Positions 27,379-36,808 of a stretch of 64,000 bases of DNA are shown here, piece after piece. Source of the DNA: an uncultured Planctomycetota bacterium (lineage in GTDB: Bacteria > Planctomycetota > PLA2 > JAEUHO01); assembly GCA_963752285.1 (NCBI GenBank), contig CAVVXN010000001.1:416001-480000 (forward strand), in the 5' to 3' direction. The translations under genes were made by a program, and so were the position numbers. The first letter of the stretch is position 1. The number at the start of each line of letters is the position of its first letter. Under the pieces are notes generated by a model, which was not told the origin of the DNA, did no database searches, and saw only the letters and a program-made list of their open reading frames with translations.

Positions 27379-29646
27379 CTACGCCCCGTGCGCTTCCAGC
27401 GGGACCACGATCGCGCGATGGCCGGCGTTGCGCCACGCGTTCGCGACCCGCCCCGGCTCGTCGGGGGCGAGCGCGATGACCGCGCCGCCGCCGCCCGCGC
27501 CCGTGAGCTTCGCGCCGAGGGCGCCGTGCTCGCGGGCCACCTCGACGAGACGCTCGATCTCGTACGTCGAGACCTGGAGCGCGTTCAGGAGACCGTGGCA
27601 GACGTTCATGGCGCGACCGAGCGCCTCGTACTCGCCCGCCTCGAGGTTCGCGACGGCGTCGAGGGTCAGGTGGTCGATCTCGTCGAAGATGCGCTCGTAG
27701 GCGGTGCGGCTGGCCTCCCAGCCCTGGCGGACGCGCGCGACCATCGCGGCCGTGAGGCCCTCGCGACGGGTGAGGCCGACCACGAGCGAGGTCGGCCGCA
27801 CGATGCGGACGGGCCGGATGGACGGCGGGTCGCCGCGGCGAAAGAGGATCGGACGTCCCCACGTCGCCATCGCGTTGTCGATGCCCGACGGCGTGCCGTG
27901 CGCGAACTGCTCGGCGCGGTACGCGAGCGCGTTCACCTCGTCCTCCGTCACCGGCACCCCGAGGTGTTCGGCCACGGCGCGGATGACCGCGACGGCGAGC
28001 GCCGCGGAACCGCCGAGCCCCATGGCGCGGGGCACGCCCGCCTGCACGTGGATGGACAGCGGCCGACCGGCGGCGCCGAGCGACTCGAGGATCAGGCGGA
28101 GCGACTGCTCGAGCGAGTTCCGCGGCGCCGCGTCGAGGGCCATGCTCTCGGTCACGTTCCACTGCGGGATGAGGAGCTGGATCCCCTCGGGGGCGTCCTC
28201 CACCCGCGCGCGCATCGCGAGCGGGACCGGCGCCGCGAGGGCGTGGCGCCCGTACACCACGGCGTGCTCGCCGAGCAGGATGATCTTGCCGTGGCCGACC
28301 GACGTCGCGCCCCGGTCCGACTCGGCGGCCACGACGGGCTCCTCGGCCACGCCGCCGGCGGCGCGAAGGTCCTCGAGGATCTCCTGGGCCTTCCAGACCT
28401 TGACGTCGCCCTCGGCGATCAGCCGGGCCACGACCGCCTCGAAGTACGAGGGCGGCGTCCCGGCGGCGACGGCCACGCTCCGCGCGTGCAGCGCCATGTG
28501 GCCGCGCTGGATCCCGTCCGTGCTGAGAGCCCGGATCGCGGCGAAGTTCTGCGCGAGCCCGACCGCGCCCATGATCTCGGCGAGGTCGCGCGCCGAGGCG
28601 ACGTTGAGGATCCGGAACGCGATCCCGACGGCGGCGTTCGACTGGATCTGGCCGCCCACCGTCCCGACCTTGAGCGGCAGCTCGAGCGTGCCGCCGAGCG
28701 CGCCGTCCTCGGCCTGCCACCAACGCGTGAGGGAGCGGTACCGGCCGTGGAAGGCCGCGTACGCGTGCGCGGAGGCCTCGATCGCGCGCCAGTCGTTCCC
28801 GGTGGCGAGGGCCACGGCGTCGATGCCGTTCAAGATGCCCTTGTTGTGTGTGGCGGCGCGGTGCGGGTCGACCTCCGCGAACTGGTTCGCCAGGATGATG
28901 CCGTCGCGCACCTCCTCGCCCGCGTAGCCCTTGTTGGCGAGGAGCTCGATCGGGATCGTGGCCTCGGCCTTGACCATCGCGTGGCGCGCGAGGTTCGAGA
29001 GGATCCGGAGGAACACCTTTCCGCCCGTCAGCTGCTCCACGAGCGGCGCGATCGCCTCGCACATGCTGTTCACGAGGTTCGCGCCCATCGCGTCGCGCGT
29101 GTCCACGAGGAGGTGGACGACGAACATCTCGGGGCGGCCGGACGCGGCGGGGTACACGTGCACCTCGACGTCCCGGGCGCCGCCGCCGCGCGCGACCATG
29201 TTGGGGTGCAGGCTGTTGGCCAGGTCGAGGATCTCGCCCTTCTGCTCGAGCACGGCCTCGCGCGCGACCGCGGCGTTCTGCACGTCCACGACCTGCGTCT
29301 GGCCGATCAGCATCGGGTCGGTGCTCGTGACGCGGAACCCGCCCGCCGCGCGGATCGTCTTGGCCGCCGACGACACCGCGGCGACGATCGACGGCTCCTC
29401 GACCACCATCGGGACCAGAACCTCGCGGCCGTTCACGACGAAGTTCATGCCCAGTGCGAGCGGGAGCCCGAACACGCCGATCACGTTCTCGATCAGCCGG
29501 TCGGCCGCCTCCGCGTCGAGCACCTGGGCGCCGGCGAGGAGCGTCTCGTAGTCCTCACGCCCGAGGATGCCGCGGTCGAGGAGCGTCCGGAGCCGTTCGG
29601 GGACGGTCTGCCGGTAGAACCCGGGGATCCGAGAGCTCTGCACCAT
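27379..29646 (-). CDS. mvaA: Class II HMG-CoA reductase fused to mevalonate kinase
   Basis: ENVIG, EEPSIVAA, DAMGAN, HNKGILNG, GIQRGHMALH, then GKIILLGEHAVVYG, GLGGSAA, HGTPSGID, KLTGAGGGG in one ORF. Confidence 0.93.
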   Translation of the reverse strand: MVQSSRIPGFYRQTVPERLRTLLDRGILGREDYETLLAGAQVLDAEAADRLIENVIGVFGLPLALGMNFVVNGREVLVPMVVEEPSIVAAVSSAAKTIRAAGGFRVTSTDPMLIGQTQVVDVQNAAVAREAVLEQKGEILDLANSLHPNMVARGGGARDVEVHVYPAASGRPEMFVVHLLVDTRDAMGANLVNSMCEAIAPLVEQLTGGKVFLRILSNLARHAMVKAEATIPIELLANKGYAGEEVRDGIILANQFAEVDPHRAATHNKGILNGIDAVALATGNDWRAIEASAHAYAAFHGRYRSLTRWWQAEDGALGGTLELPLKVGTVGGQIQSNAAVGIAFRILNVASARDLAEIMGAVGLAQNFAAIRALSTDGIQRGHMALHARSVAVAAGTPPSYFEAVVARLIAEGDVKVWKAQEILEDLRAAGGVAEEPVVAAESDRGATSVGHGKIILLGEHAVVYGRHALAAPVPLAMRARVEDAPEGIQLLIPQWNVTESMALDAAPRNSLEQSLRLILESLGAAGRPLSIHVQAGVPRAMGLGGSAALAVAVIRAVAEHLGVPVTEDEVNALAYRAEQFAHGTPSGIDNAMATWGRPILFRRGDPPSIRPVRIVRPTSLVVGLTRREGLTAAMVARVRQGWEASRTAYERIFDEIDHLTLDAVANLEAGEYEALGRAMNVCHGLLNALQVSTYEIERLVEVAREHGALGAKLTGAGGGGAVIALAPDEPGRVANAWRNAGHRAIVVPLEAHGA

Positions 29647-29672
29647 GGCGCTGTTCCCATGTGGCGCTGTTC

Positions 29673-30743
29673 CTATTCTCCCCGGAACCGGGCTCCCACC
29701 GGATCGAGATCGAGCTCGAGGACCCGGAAGCCCTCCGCATCGGCCGCGGCGGCCGCGCGTGCGACGCACGTCTCGCTCGGGCCGAAGATCAGGCCGACGT
29801 CGCCCCCGCCGGCACCCGAGGGTTTGTACACGGCGCCCGCCGCCTCTGCCAGTCCGGCGAGCGCTCGGTGGGGGGGCGAGACGATCTCGAGACCGATCGT
29901 CCCTCCGAGCCGGTCGAGCCCTTCGACGTAGGCCGGGACGAGGTCGAGGAACGTCCCGCGCGGTCCCGACTCGAATGCGTCGGCCGCCGCTTCGGCGAGC
30001 ACGGCGAGGCGCCCGAGCGCGGCCGAGACCTCCTCGGGACGTTCCCGGCGCGCGCGCTCGAGCGCCACGAGATAGGAGACCGTTCGGGCGCTCGATCCCG
30101 TGTGGACCGCGGTCCAGTGCAGTCCGTCGGGGAAGGGGAGGCGGCGGACTTCCGTCTCGCCCCCGTTCGCACGAACGAACCGTAGGACGCCGCCCCGCTC
30201 GCTCGCCGCGACGTCCGCGCCGCTCCCGCGCCCGCCCTGGAACGCGCGATGGACCGCGAGGCTCTCCAGAAGCGACGCGTCGGCGTCGGGCCCGGGGGCC
30301 CCGAACCAGAGGTGGAGCAGGCGCGACACCGCCGCGCGGAGCGCGACCGCGAGCGCGGCGGACGAGCCGAGCCCGAGCTTCCCGCCGTCGTCCGAGGCGA
30401 GACGGCGGCTCTCGAGGCGCACCTCGACCGAGGGCCACCGGGCGGGGTCCTTCCCGACGCGCCGGGCGAGGTGCTCGACGACGACGGCCAGCAGGCGCGT
30501 CGCGGGCTCCTCCGCGGCGGGGCGTCCGTCGTCGAGCCGGAGCGCGCCCGCGCCGTCGGGTCGGAGCCGCCACGACGACGGCGGCGTGTCGGTGGCCAGT
30601 ACCCAGGGGCCCGCGTCCTCGTCCACGTCCACCGCAGCGCGGACGCGGCGATCCACCGCGACGACGATCGCCGGCGCGCCCTCGAGAACGGCGTACTCGC
30701 CCACGAGGAGGAGCTTCGCGGGGGCGGACACCTCGATCCTCAA
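29673..30743 (-). CDS. mvaK2: Phosphomevalonate kinase (GHMP family)
   Basis: APAKLLLVGEYAVLE, KLGLGSSAA, GSGADVAAS, KPSGAGGGD; TTG start overlapping the mvaD stop. Confidence 0.85.
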   Translation of the reverse strand: MRIEVSAPAKLLLVGEYAVLEGAPAIVVAVDRRVRAAVDVDEDAGPWVLATDTPPSSWRLRPDGAGALRLDDGRPAAEEPATRLLAVVVEHLARRVGKDPARWPSVEVRLESRRLASDDGGKLGLGSSAALAVALRAAVSRLLHLWFGAPGPDADASLLESLAVHRAFQGGRGSGADVAASERGGVLRFVRANGGETEVRRLPFPDGLHWTAVHTGSSARTVSYLVALERARRERPEEVSAALGRLAVLAEAAADAFESGPRGTFLDLVPAYVEGLDRLGGTIGLEIVSPPHRALAGLAEAAGAVYKPSGAGGGDVGLIFGPSETCVARAAAAADAEGFRVLELDLDPVGARFRGE

Positions 30744-31738
30744 GCGTCGCCCTCGACGAGGCGCGCGCCGCGCCCGGGCCGGGCGCGGAGCACGGACGCG
30801 ACGCCCGGGACGGCGGCGAGCCGTCGCGCGACGAGATCGCCGGAGCCGGGCGCCACGAGGACCTTCACCTGGGGGCCGGCGTCGATCGTGAACCAGGCGC
30901 GAACGCCCTCGTCGCGAAGGCTCCACACCTCGCGCATCGCGGCGACGGTCGCGGGCCGCCAGTACAGGAGCGGCGGGTCCGAGGCGATCATGTCGGCGTG
31001 CATGCGGAGCGCGTTCGTCTCCGCGACGTGCCCGACCCTCTCCAGGTCTCCGGCGAGGAGGGCCGCGCGGACGTCTTCGAGGTCCCTTCGCGTGGAGGCG
31101 ACCCACGCGCCGTGGTACGGCGACGTCCGTGCGGTCCGCCGCATGCCCTCCGTCGAGCCCACGGGCTTCTTCGCGAGCGTGGTGACGGCCACCACCACCT
31201 CCATCGGCAAGAGGTCCGGTCCGCCGAGCGACACGGCGTACGCGTCGGAGCCGTCCTTGGCCTCGCCGGCGCGCATCTCGGCGAACCCGTCGCAGAGCGA
31301 CCGGGCCGCCGATCCCGAGCCCCGGCGCGCGAGGCGCGAGAGGTCCTCCTGCGAGAGGCCGAGGCCGAGCGCGCGGTCCACCGCCACCGCCAGCGCGGCG
31401 AAGCCCGCCGCGCTCGAGGCGAGGCCGGCGCCCGTCGGGAAGTCGTTGTGGCTCGTGACCCGGGCGTGGGCGCGCGTGCCCGTCTGCTCGCGAACGTGGT
31501 CGAGGAAGCGCTCGACGCGACGCGCGCCCGGGCCGTCGCGCGCGCCGTCGATCGTGACCTCGTCTCGCGCGAGCCCGGCGTCGAACGCGACGGTCGTGCG
31601 AGCCTCCAGGCCCTCGAGCGTGACGGAGATGGATCCCGTCTCCGGGAGGTTCTGGACGTCGTCGCGCTTGCCCCAGTACTTGACCAGGGCGACGTTGCTC
31701 GGACCGCGGGCGGAGGCCTTCCTGCCTCGTTCAGCCAT
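30740..31738 (-). CDS. mvaD: Diphosphomevalonate decarboxylase
   Basis: NVALVKYWGK, GLASSAAG, GSGSAARS, STEGM, TIDAGP. Confidence 0.95.
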   Translation of the reverse strand: MAERGRKASARGPSNVALVKYWGKRDDVQNLPETGSISVTLEGLEARTTVAFDAGLARDEVTIDGARDGPGARRVERFLDHVREQTGTRAHARVTSHNDFPTGAGLASSAAGFAALAVAVDRALGLGLSQEDLSRLARRGSGSAARSLCDGFAEMRAGEAKDGSDAYAVSLGGPDLLPMEVVVAVTTLAKKPVGSTEGMRRTARTSPYHGAWVASTRRDLEDVRAALLAGDLERVGHVAETNALRMHADMIASDPPLLYWRPATVAAMREVWSLRDEGVRAWFTIDAGPQVKVLVAPGSGDLVARRLAAVPGVASVLRARPGRGARLVEGDA

Positions 31739-31920
31739 GTTGCCCCCGCACCGGGACGACGGCCGGAGCCCCGCCCCGCCGCGTCCCGCCGCATGACTCG
31801 TCGAACGGAGGTCCCGAACGGCCAACGATAGCAGGCGGCCGGAGGCGAACGTCCGAACGGAGGGGCGGGCCGGCCGTCCGCAGGTCCGCTCGATCGTCCG
31901 GGGGCGGTATGCTCGCGCGG

Positions 31921-33069
31921 ATGTCCCACCCGACCCCGCGTCTCCCTCTGGGCATCCTCCTCGGCGCGCTCCTCGTGGCGAGCCTCCCGGTGCGCGCGCG
32001 GGCTGCGGGGGCCGAGGCGACCGAGCCCGCGTCGAAGATGGAGATCGCGCTCCAGGCGCTCGTGAACGAGGGCCCGGGTCTCGACTTTCGGCAGCGCTAC
32101 GTGCGCCTCGCGCGCATCGTCGCCTCGACCCACGACTTCGAGCGCATGGCCGCCGCCCATGTGGGGGCGCGGTTCGCTGACCTCGACGAGGCCGCAAGGA
32201 AGCGCCTGGAGGACCTGCTCTTCAAGCGCGTCGTCGCGGAGTACGCGCGGCACTTCGACAGCCAGAGCGCGCCGAAGCTCGCGCTCGGTCCCGCGAAGGA
32301 AGAGGGGGAGGCCGCGCGGGTCGAGCTCCGGGAGGACGACCGCCCCGTCCTCTCGTTCCGCGTCACGGCCGGAGCGGACGGCGCCTGGCGGATCGACGAC
32401 GTGCGGTGGGAGGGACAGGACCCCCTCGAGAAGGAGCGCCAGGAGAACGAGCGCGTGCTCGTGGCGGGCGGCGTGGCGGCGCTCGAGAAGCGGTGGACCG
32501 CCGCGGTCCCGCTCCCCGGCGGCGGCGCGGACACCGCCGCCACCCCCAAGGCCGTCGTGCAGAAGCTCCAGGACGGCATCGTAGCGATCATGAAGGACGC
32601 GAAGGGCCTCGGGTACGAGGGGCGGTACGGGCGCTTCGAGCCGCTCGTCCGTTCGACGCACGATCTCGACACGATCGCCGAGCTCGCGCTCGCTCGTCAC
32701 TGGAACGAGCTCGACACCGACCAGAAGAAGCGCTTCACGGAGCGATTCGACCAGCTGGCGATCGCGCGGTACGCGGGCCGCTTCGACGGCTACTCGGGCG
32801 AGCGCTTCGAGATCCTGGACGAGAAGGACGCGGGGCGCACCCACACGGTGCGGAGCGCGCTCTGGAAGTCCGACGGCCAGCGGGTCCTCTTCGACTGGGC
32901 GCTGAGGAAGACCGGGGGGGCCTGGAGGATCCTGAACATCACGGTGGACGGGGTGAGCGACCTGGCCACGAAACAGGCGGAGTACGGCGCGATCCTGGAG
33001 GGCCAGGGGTTCGACGCCCTGATGGCGAAGATGGCCGAGCAGATCCGGCGGCAGGAGACAGGATCCTGA
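31921..33069 (+). CDS. Tandem MlaC/Ttg2D (HpnM-like) lipid carrier
   Basis: Signal peptide; two MlaC-like domains, each with STHD...WRI; second has YAGRFDGYSGERF and GVSDLA. Start 31921 chosen from -10 spacing (31909 alternative). Confidence 0.82.
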   Translation: MSHPTPRLPLGILLGALLVASLPVRARAAGAEATEPASKMEIALQALVNEGPGLDFRQRYVRLARIVASTHDFERMAAAHVGARFADLDEAARKRLEDLLFKRVVAEYARHFDSQSAPKLALGPAKEEGEAARVELREDDRPVLSFRVTAGADGAWRIDDVRWEGQDPLEKERQENERVLVAGGVAALEKRWTAAVPLPGGGADTAATPKAVVQKLQDGIVAIMKDAKGLGYEGRYGRFEPLVRSTHDLDTIAELALARHWNELDTDQKKRFTERFDQLAIARYAGRFDGYSGERFEILDEKDAGRTHTVRSALWKSDGQRVLFDWALRKTGGAWRILNITVDGVSDLATKQAEYGAILEGQGFDALMAKMAEQIRRQETGS

Positions 33070-35783
33070 CCCCCGATCCGGACGCCGGCGCGGGCCCGGG
33101 CGGCGGTCGCGCGCGCGGGGGGGGCGGCGCGCCTCGGGGCTTCGCCTCGCGGTGGGCGCGCGGCGCGGCGCGGCGTCGCGTCCCGGTCCTTTTCGCGACG
33201 CTGCTCCTCTTTGCCGCGGCCCTCCTGTTCGCGTGGAACCACCTCGGCATCGACACGAACCTCGACGAGATGCTCTCGGAGGACCTGCCCTTCCGGCGCG
33301 CGAACGCGCGCTTCGACGCGAAGTTCCCCCAGTCGGTGTCGAACCTCGTGATGGTCGTGGAGGCGGACACCCCCGAGGGCGCGCGGGACGCCGCGCACGA
33401 CCTCGCCGGCCGCCTCGAGGCCCGTCCCGACCTCTACGCGTACGTGCGCGTGCCCCGCGCGGAACCGTTCCTCGAGGCGCACGCGTTCTACTACCTCGAC
33501 CCGAAAGACCTCGACGACCTCGCCGACCGGCTGGTCCAGGTCCAGCCGTTCCTGGGCCGGCTCACGCGCGACCCGAGCCTCCGCGGTCTCTTCGAGATGC
33601 TCGCCCGTGCCCTCGAGGAGCGGGCGAAGGGCGGCGCGTTCGACGTGACGCCGCTCGTCCTGGAGGTGGACCGCGCGGTCTCGGCCGCGCGACAAGGCGC
33701 GCCGTACCGGACCTCCTGGCAGTCGCTCATGCGCGGCAAGCAGGAGCCGGAGAACGACCGACGGCAGTTCGTGCTGGCTCGGGCCGGGCTCGACTTCGAG
33801 AGCCTCTACCCGGCGCGGCGCGCCATCGCGACGGCCCGCGCGCTCTTCCGAGAGACCGCGCGGGAGCTGGTCGCGCGCTCCCACGGCCTCGCGGCGGCCC
33901 CGCGCCTCCGCGTCACGGGCGGTCTCGCGATGGAGCACGAGGAGCTCGAGACGGTCACGCGCGGCATCGAGTGGCTCGGTCTCGCGAGCTTCGTCCTCGT
34001 GGGCGTGATCCTCGGCGTCGGACTCCGCTCCGGCCGTCTCGTCCTCGCGTCTCTCGCGACCCTCGTGGTGGGGCTCGCGCTGACGGCGGCCTTCGCGGCC
34101 CTGACGGTGGGACACTTGAACCTGATCTCCGTCGCGTTCGGCGTGCTGTACATCGGGCTCGGCGTGGATTACGCGATCCACTTCTCGCTTGGCTACCGGG
34201 ACGCGCTGGCCGAGGGCCGGTCGAACCTCGACGCGATCACCGAGGCCGCGGCCGACGTGGGGAGGCCGCTCTTCCTCTGCGCCGCCACGACCGCGCTCGG
34301 GTTCTACGCGTTCGTGCCCACCGCGTACCGGGGCGTGTCGGAGCTCGGGTGGATCTCGGGCTCGAGCATGTTCATCGGCCTCGCGGTCACGCTGACCGTC
34401 CTGCCGGCGCTCCTCCACGCCCTGCCGCTCCCGCCCGGCCGCGCCCGATCGCGTCCGTCGGCGCCCGGCCGGATCGCGCGGCTCGCCGACGTCCCCGTGC
34501 GCCACCCGGTCGCCGTGGTCTCGGGAGCCCTCGTGCTGGGCGTCGTCGCCGCCGCGCTGCTCCCCTTCATCCGGTTCGACCTGAACCCGGTGGACCTCCG
34601 CGACCCCGACACGGAGTCGGTCTCGACCTTCCGCGACCTCCTCGCCACGAGCCCGACGCCACCGTGGAGCGTGACGGTGCTCGCCGACGACGCGGCCGCC
34701 GCCACGGAGCTGAAGCGACGCCTCTCGGCCCTTCCGACCACCGACCGGGTCGTCACGATCGACAGCTTCGTGCCCGACGCGGACGACCAGCAGCGGACCC
34801 GCGGCGTCCTCGAGGACCTTTCGCTCGCCATGGGGCCGGGCCTCCTCACGCTCGCGCCGAAGGCCGCGCCCTCGTTCGAGGCGCAGCGCGCGGCCGTCGC
34901 GGACGCGCGCCAGGAGGACGACCGCTGGCTCTCGACCGACGCGGGGAGGAACGACGCCGCCGCACGCGCGCTCGCGAGCGACCTCGCGGGGCTCGAGCGC
35001 GCGCTCGATCACCCCGGCGCGGCCGCCCTGCTCCAGCGGCTGGAGGCCTCGCTCCTCGACACGATGCCCGAGAACCTCGATCGGCTCGAGAAGGCGCTCG
35101 GGGCCCAGGCGTTCACGGCGGACGACCTCCCCGCGGCGCTCGTCGCGAGGTGGCGGTCGCCCGGCCCGGGCGCGCGATGGCGCGTGGAGGCGTTCCCCGC
35201 GCGCGACCTCGACGACATCGACGCCCTGCGGAGCTTCGTGCAAAGCGCGCAGTCGATCGCGCCCGAGGCCACCGGCGCGCCCGTGATGATCGTGGAGTCG
35301 GGCTACGCGATCGTGCGTGCGTTCTTCGAGGCGCTCGCCCTCTCGGCGGGAGCGTGCACGCTCGTGCTGCTCCTCCTGCTCCGGCGGCCCGGCGCGGTGC
35401 TGCTCGTCCTCTCGCCGCTCGTGTACGCCGCGCTCCTCACGGGCGGCGCGACGGTCCTGCTCGGTGTGCCGTTCAACTTCGCGAACGTCATCGCGCTGCC
35501 CCTCCTCTTCGGCATCGGCGTGGACGGCGGGATCCACGTCGTCCATCGCGCGCGTTCGGCGCCCCGAGGCGAGAACCCGATCCGGACGAGCACGGGGCGG
35601 GCCGTCGTGTTCTCGGCCCTGACGACGATCGGGTCGTTCGGGAACCTGGCGTTCTCGCAGCACCCCGGCACGGCGAGCATGGGGCTGCTCCTGACCGTGG
35701 GCGTCCTCGCCGTGCTCCTCGCCACGCTCGTCCTGCTCCCGGCGCTGCTCGCCCTCCGCGACCGGCGGGTGGGCCGCGCGTGA
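33066..35783 (+). CDS. hpnN: Hopanoid RND/MMPL transporter HpnN
   Basis: LNLISVAFGVLYIGLGVDYAIH, PTAYRGVSELG, FNFANVIALPLLFGIGVD, HPGTASMG; start inferred as CTG. Confidence 0.9.
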   Translation: MTPDPDAGAGPGGGRARGGGGAPRGFASRWARGAARRRVPVLFATLLLFAAALLFAWNHLGIDTNLDEMLSEDLPFRRANARFDAKFPQSVSNLVMVVEADTPEGARDAAHDLAGRLEARPDLYAYVRVPRAEPFLEAHAFYYLDPKDLDDLADRLVQVQPFLGRLTRDPSLRGLFEMLARALEERAKGGAFDVTPLVLEVDRAVSAARQGAPYRTSWQSLMRGKQEPENDRRQFVLARAGLDFESLYPARRAIATARALFRETARELVARSHGLAAAPRLRVTGGLAMEHEELETVTRGIEWLGLASFVLVGVILGVGLRSGRLVLASLATLVVGLALTAAFAALTVGHLNLISVAFGVLYIGLGVDYAIHFSLGYRDALAEGRSNLDAITEAAADVGRPLFLCAATTALGFYAFVPTAYRGVSELGWISGSSMFIGLAVTLTVLPALLHALPLPPGRARSRPSAPGRIARLADVPVRHPVAVVSGALVLGVVAAALLPFIRFDLNPVDLRDPDTESVSTFRDLLATSPTPPWSVTVLADDAAAATELKRRLSALPTTDRVVTIDSFVPDADDQQRTRGVLEDLSLAMGPGLLTLAPKAAPSFEAQRAAVADARQEDDRWLSTDAGRNDAAARALASDLAGLERALDHPGAAALLQRLEASLLDTMPENLDRLEKALGAQAFTADDLPAALVARWRSPGPGARWRVEAFPARDLDDIDALRSFVQSAQSIAPEATGAPVMIVESGYAIVRAFFEALALSAGACTLVLLLLLRRPGAVLLVLSPLVYAALLTGGATVLLGVPFNFANVIALPLLFGIGVDGGIHVVHRARSAPRGENPIRTSTGRAVVFSALTTIGSFGNLAFSQHPGTASMGLLLTVGVLAVLLATLVLLPALLALRDRRVGRA

Positions 35784-36778
35784 CGCCACGCGCGGGTATG
35801 CTGGCGCCCCGCGCGCGTGGCCGCGCGGCGCGAGGGAGGAAGCGCTTGCGGACGGTGCGCGCGAGTCGCTGGGCGCCGTGGGCCCTCCTCCTCGCCGGGA
35901 GCCTCGGCGGGTGCGGGTCGCTCAACCAGAACGTGTTCGAGCTGAACCGCCACGTGGCCAACGCGGTGCGCCCTGTCGTGGGCCTGATCCTCCTCGTGCC
36001 CGAGCCGCTCCGCGACCGCGTACACGCGCTCCTCGAGAACCTCCACTACGGCGACGTGGTCGTGAACCAGCTGCTGCAGGGGAAGCCCGAGCTCGCGGGA
36101 CGGGACCTCGTGCGGTGGGTGGTCAACTCCACCCTGGGCCTCGCGGGCCTCTTCGACGTCGCGAAGGAGCTCGGGTACGAGGCCCACGACGAGGACTTCG
36201 GTCAGACGCTCGCGGTCTGGGGGTTCCCCGAGGGCGAGTACCTCGTGCTGCCGCTCGTGGGGCCGAGCACCTCGCGCGACGCCGCCGGCCTCCTGATCTC
36301 GTACTTCACGGACCCGTCTCGCTACGTCCCGAGCGGGCTCGCGGCGGAGACCCTGACGGTCGTCTCGTACGCGGACCAGGCCGTCGGCTCCCGGAAGGGC
36401 CAGGCGACGCTCGCGTCGGAGGCGATCGACGAATACGAGTTCGCGAAGGAGGCCTACCGCCAGCACCGCCGGTTCCTGATCTACGACGGCCGCCCGCCCC
36501 TCGCGGGCGGCTCCGACCTCGACGCGGCGCTCGACGCGCTCGAGAAGGAGACGGGGAAGGACACCGGGAAGGGCACGGGACGGGCCGGCGGGCCGGGCGC
36601 GGAGGCGAAGGAGGGCGCGCCGACGGTCGAGGGCCTTCCGGGACTCGAGGACCTCGGCGCCGGGGCTCCGGTGCGTTCCGTCGAGGACCTGCCGGGCCTC
36701 GACGACGTCGGGCCGGACGCGACGGAGTCGCCGCCCGCCGGCGCGGCGACGCTGCCGGGTCTCGAAGAGTCGAAGTGA
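35780..36778 (+). CDS. mlaA: VacJ/MlaA family lipoprotein
   Basis: LGGC lipobox; NSTLGLAGLFDVA, EDFGQTLAVWG, YLVLPLVGPSTSRD; start uncertain. Confidence 0.88.
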   Translation: MTPRAGMLAPRARGRAARGRKRLRTVRASRWAPWALLLAGSLGGCGSLNQNVFELNRHVANAVRPVVGLILLVPEPLRDRVHALLENLHYGDVVVNQLLQGKPELAGRDLVRWVVNSTLGLAGLFDVAKELGYEAHDEDFGQTLAVWGFPEGEYLVLPLVGPSTSRDAAGLLISYFTDPSRYVPSGLAAETLTVVSYADQAVGSRKGQATLASEAIDEYEFAKEAYRQHRRFLIYDGRPPLAGGSDLDAALDALEKETGKDTGKGTGRAGGPGAEAKEGAPTVEGLPGLEDLGAGAPVRSVEDLPGLDDVGPDATESPPAGAATLPGLEESK

Positions 36779-36808
36779 CGACGGTCCCGGGGCTACGATC
36801 GGCCGCGC

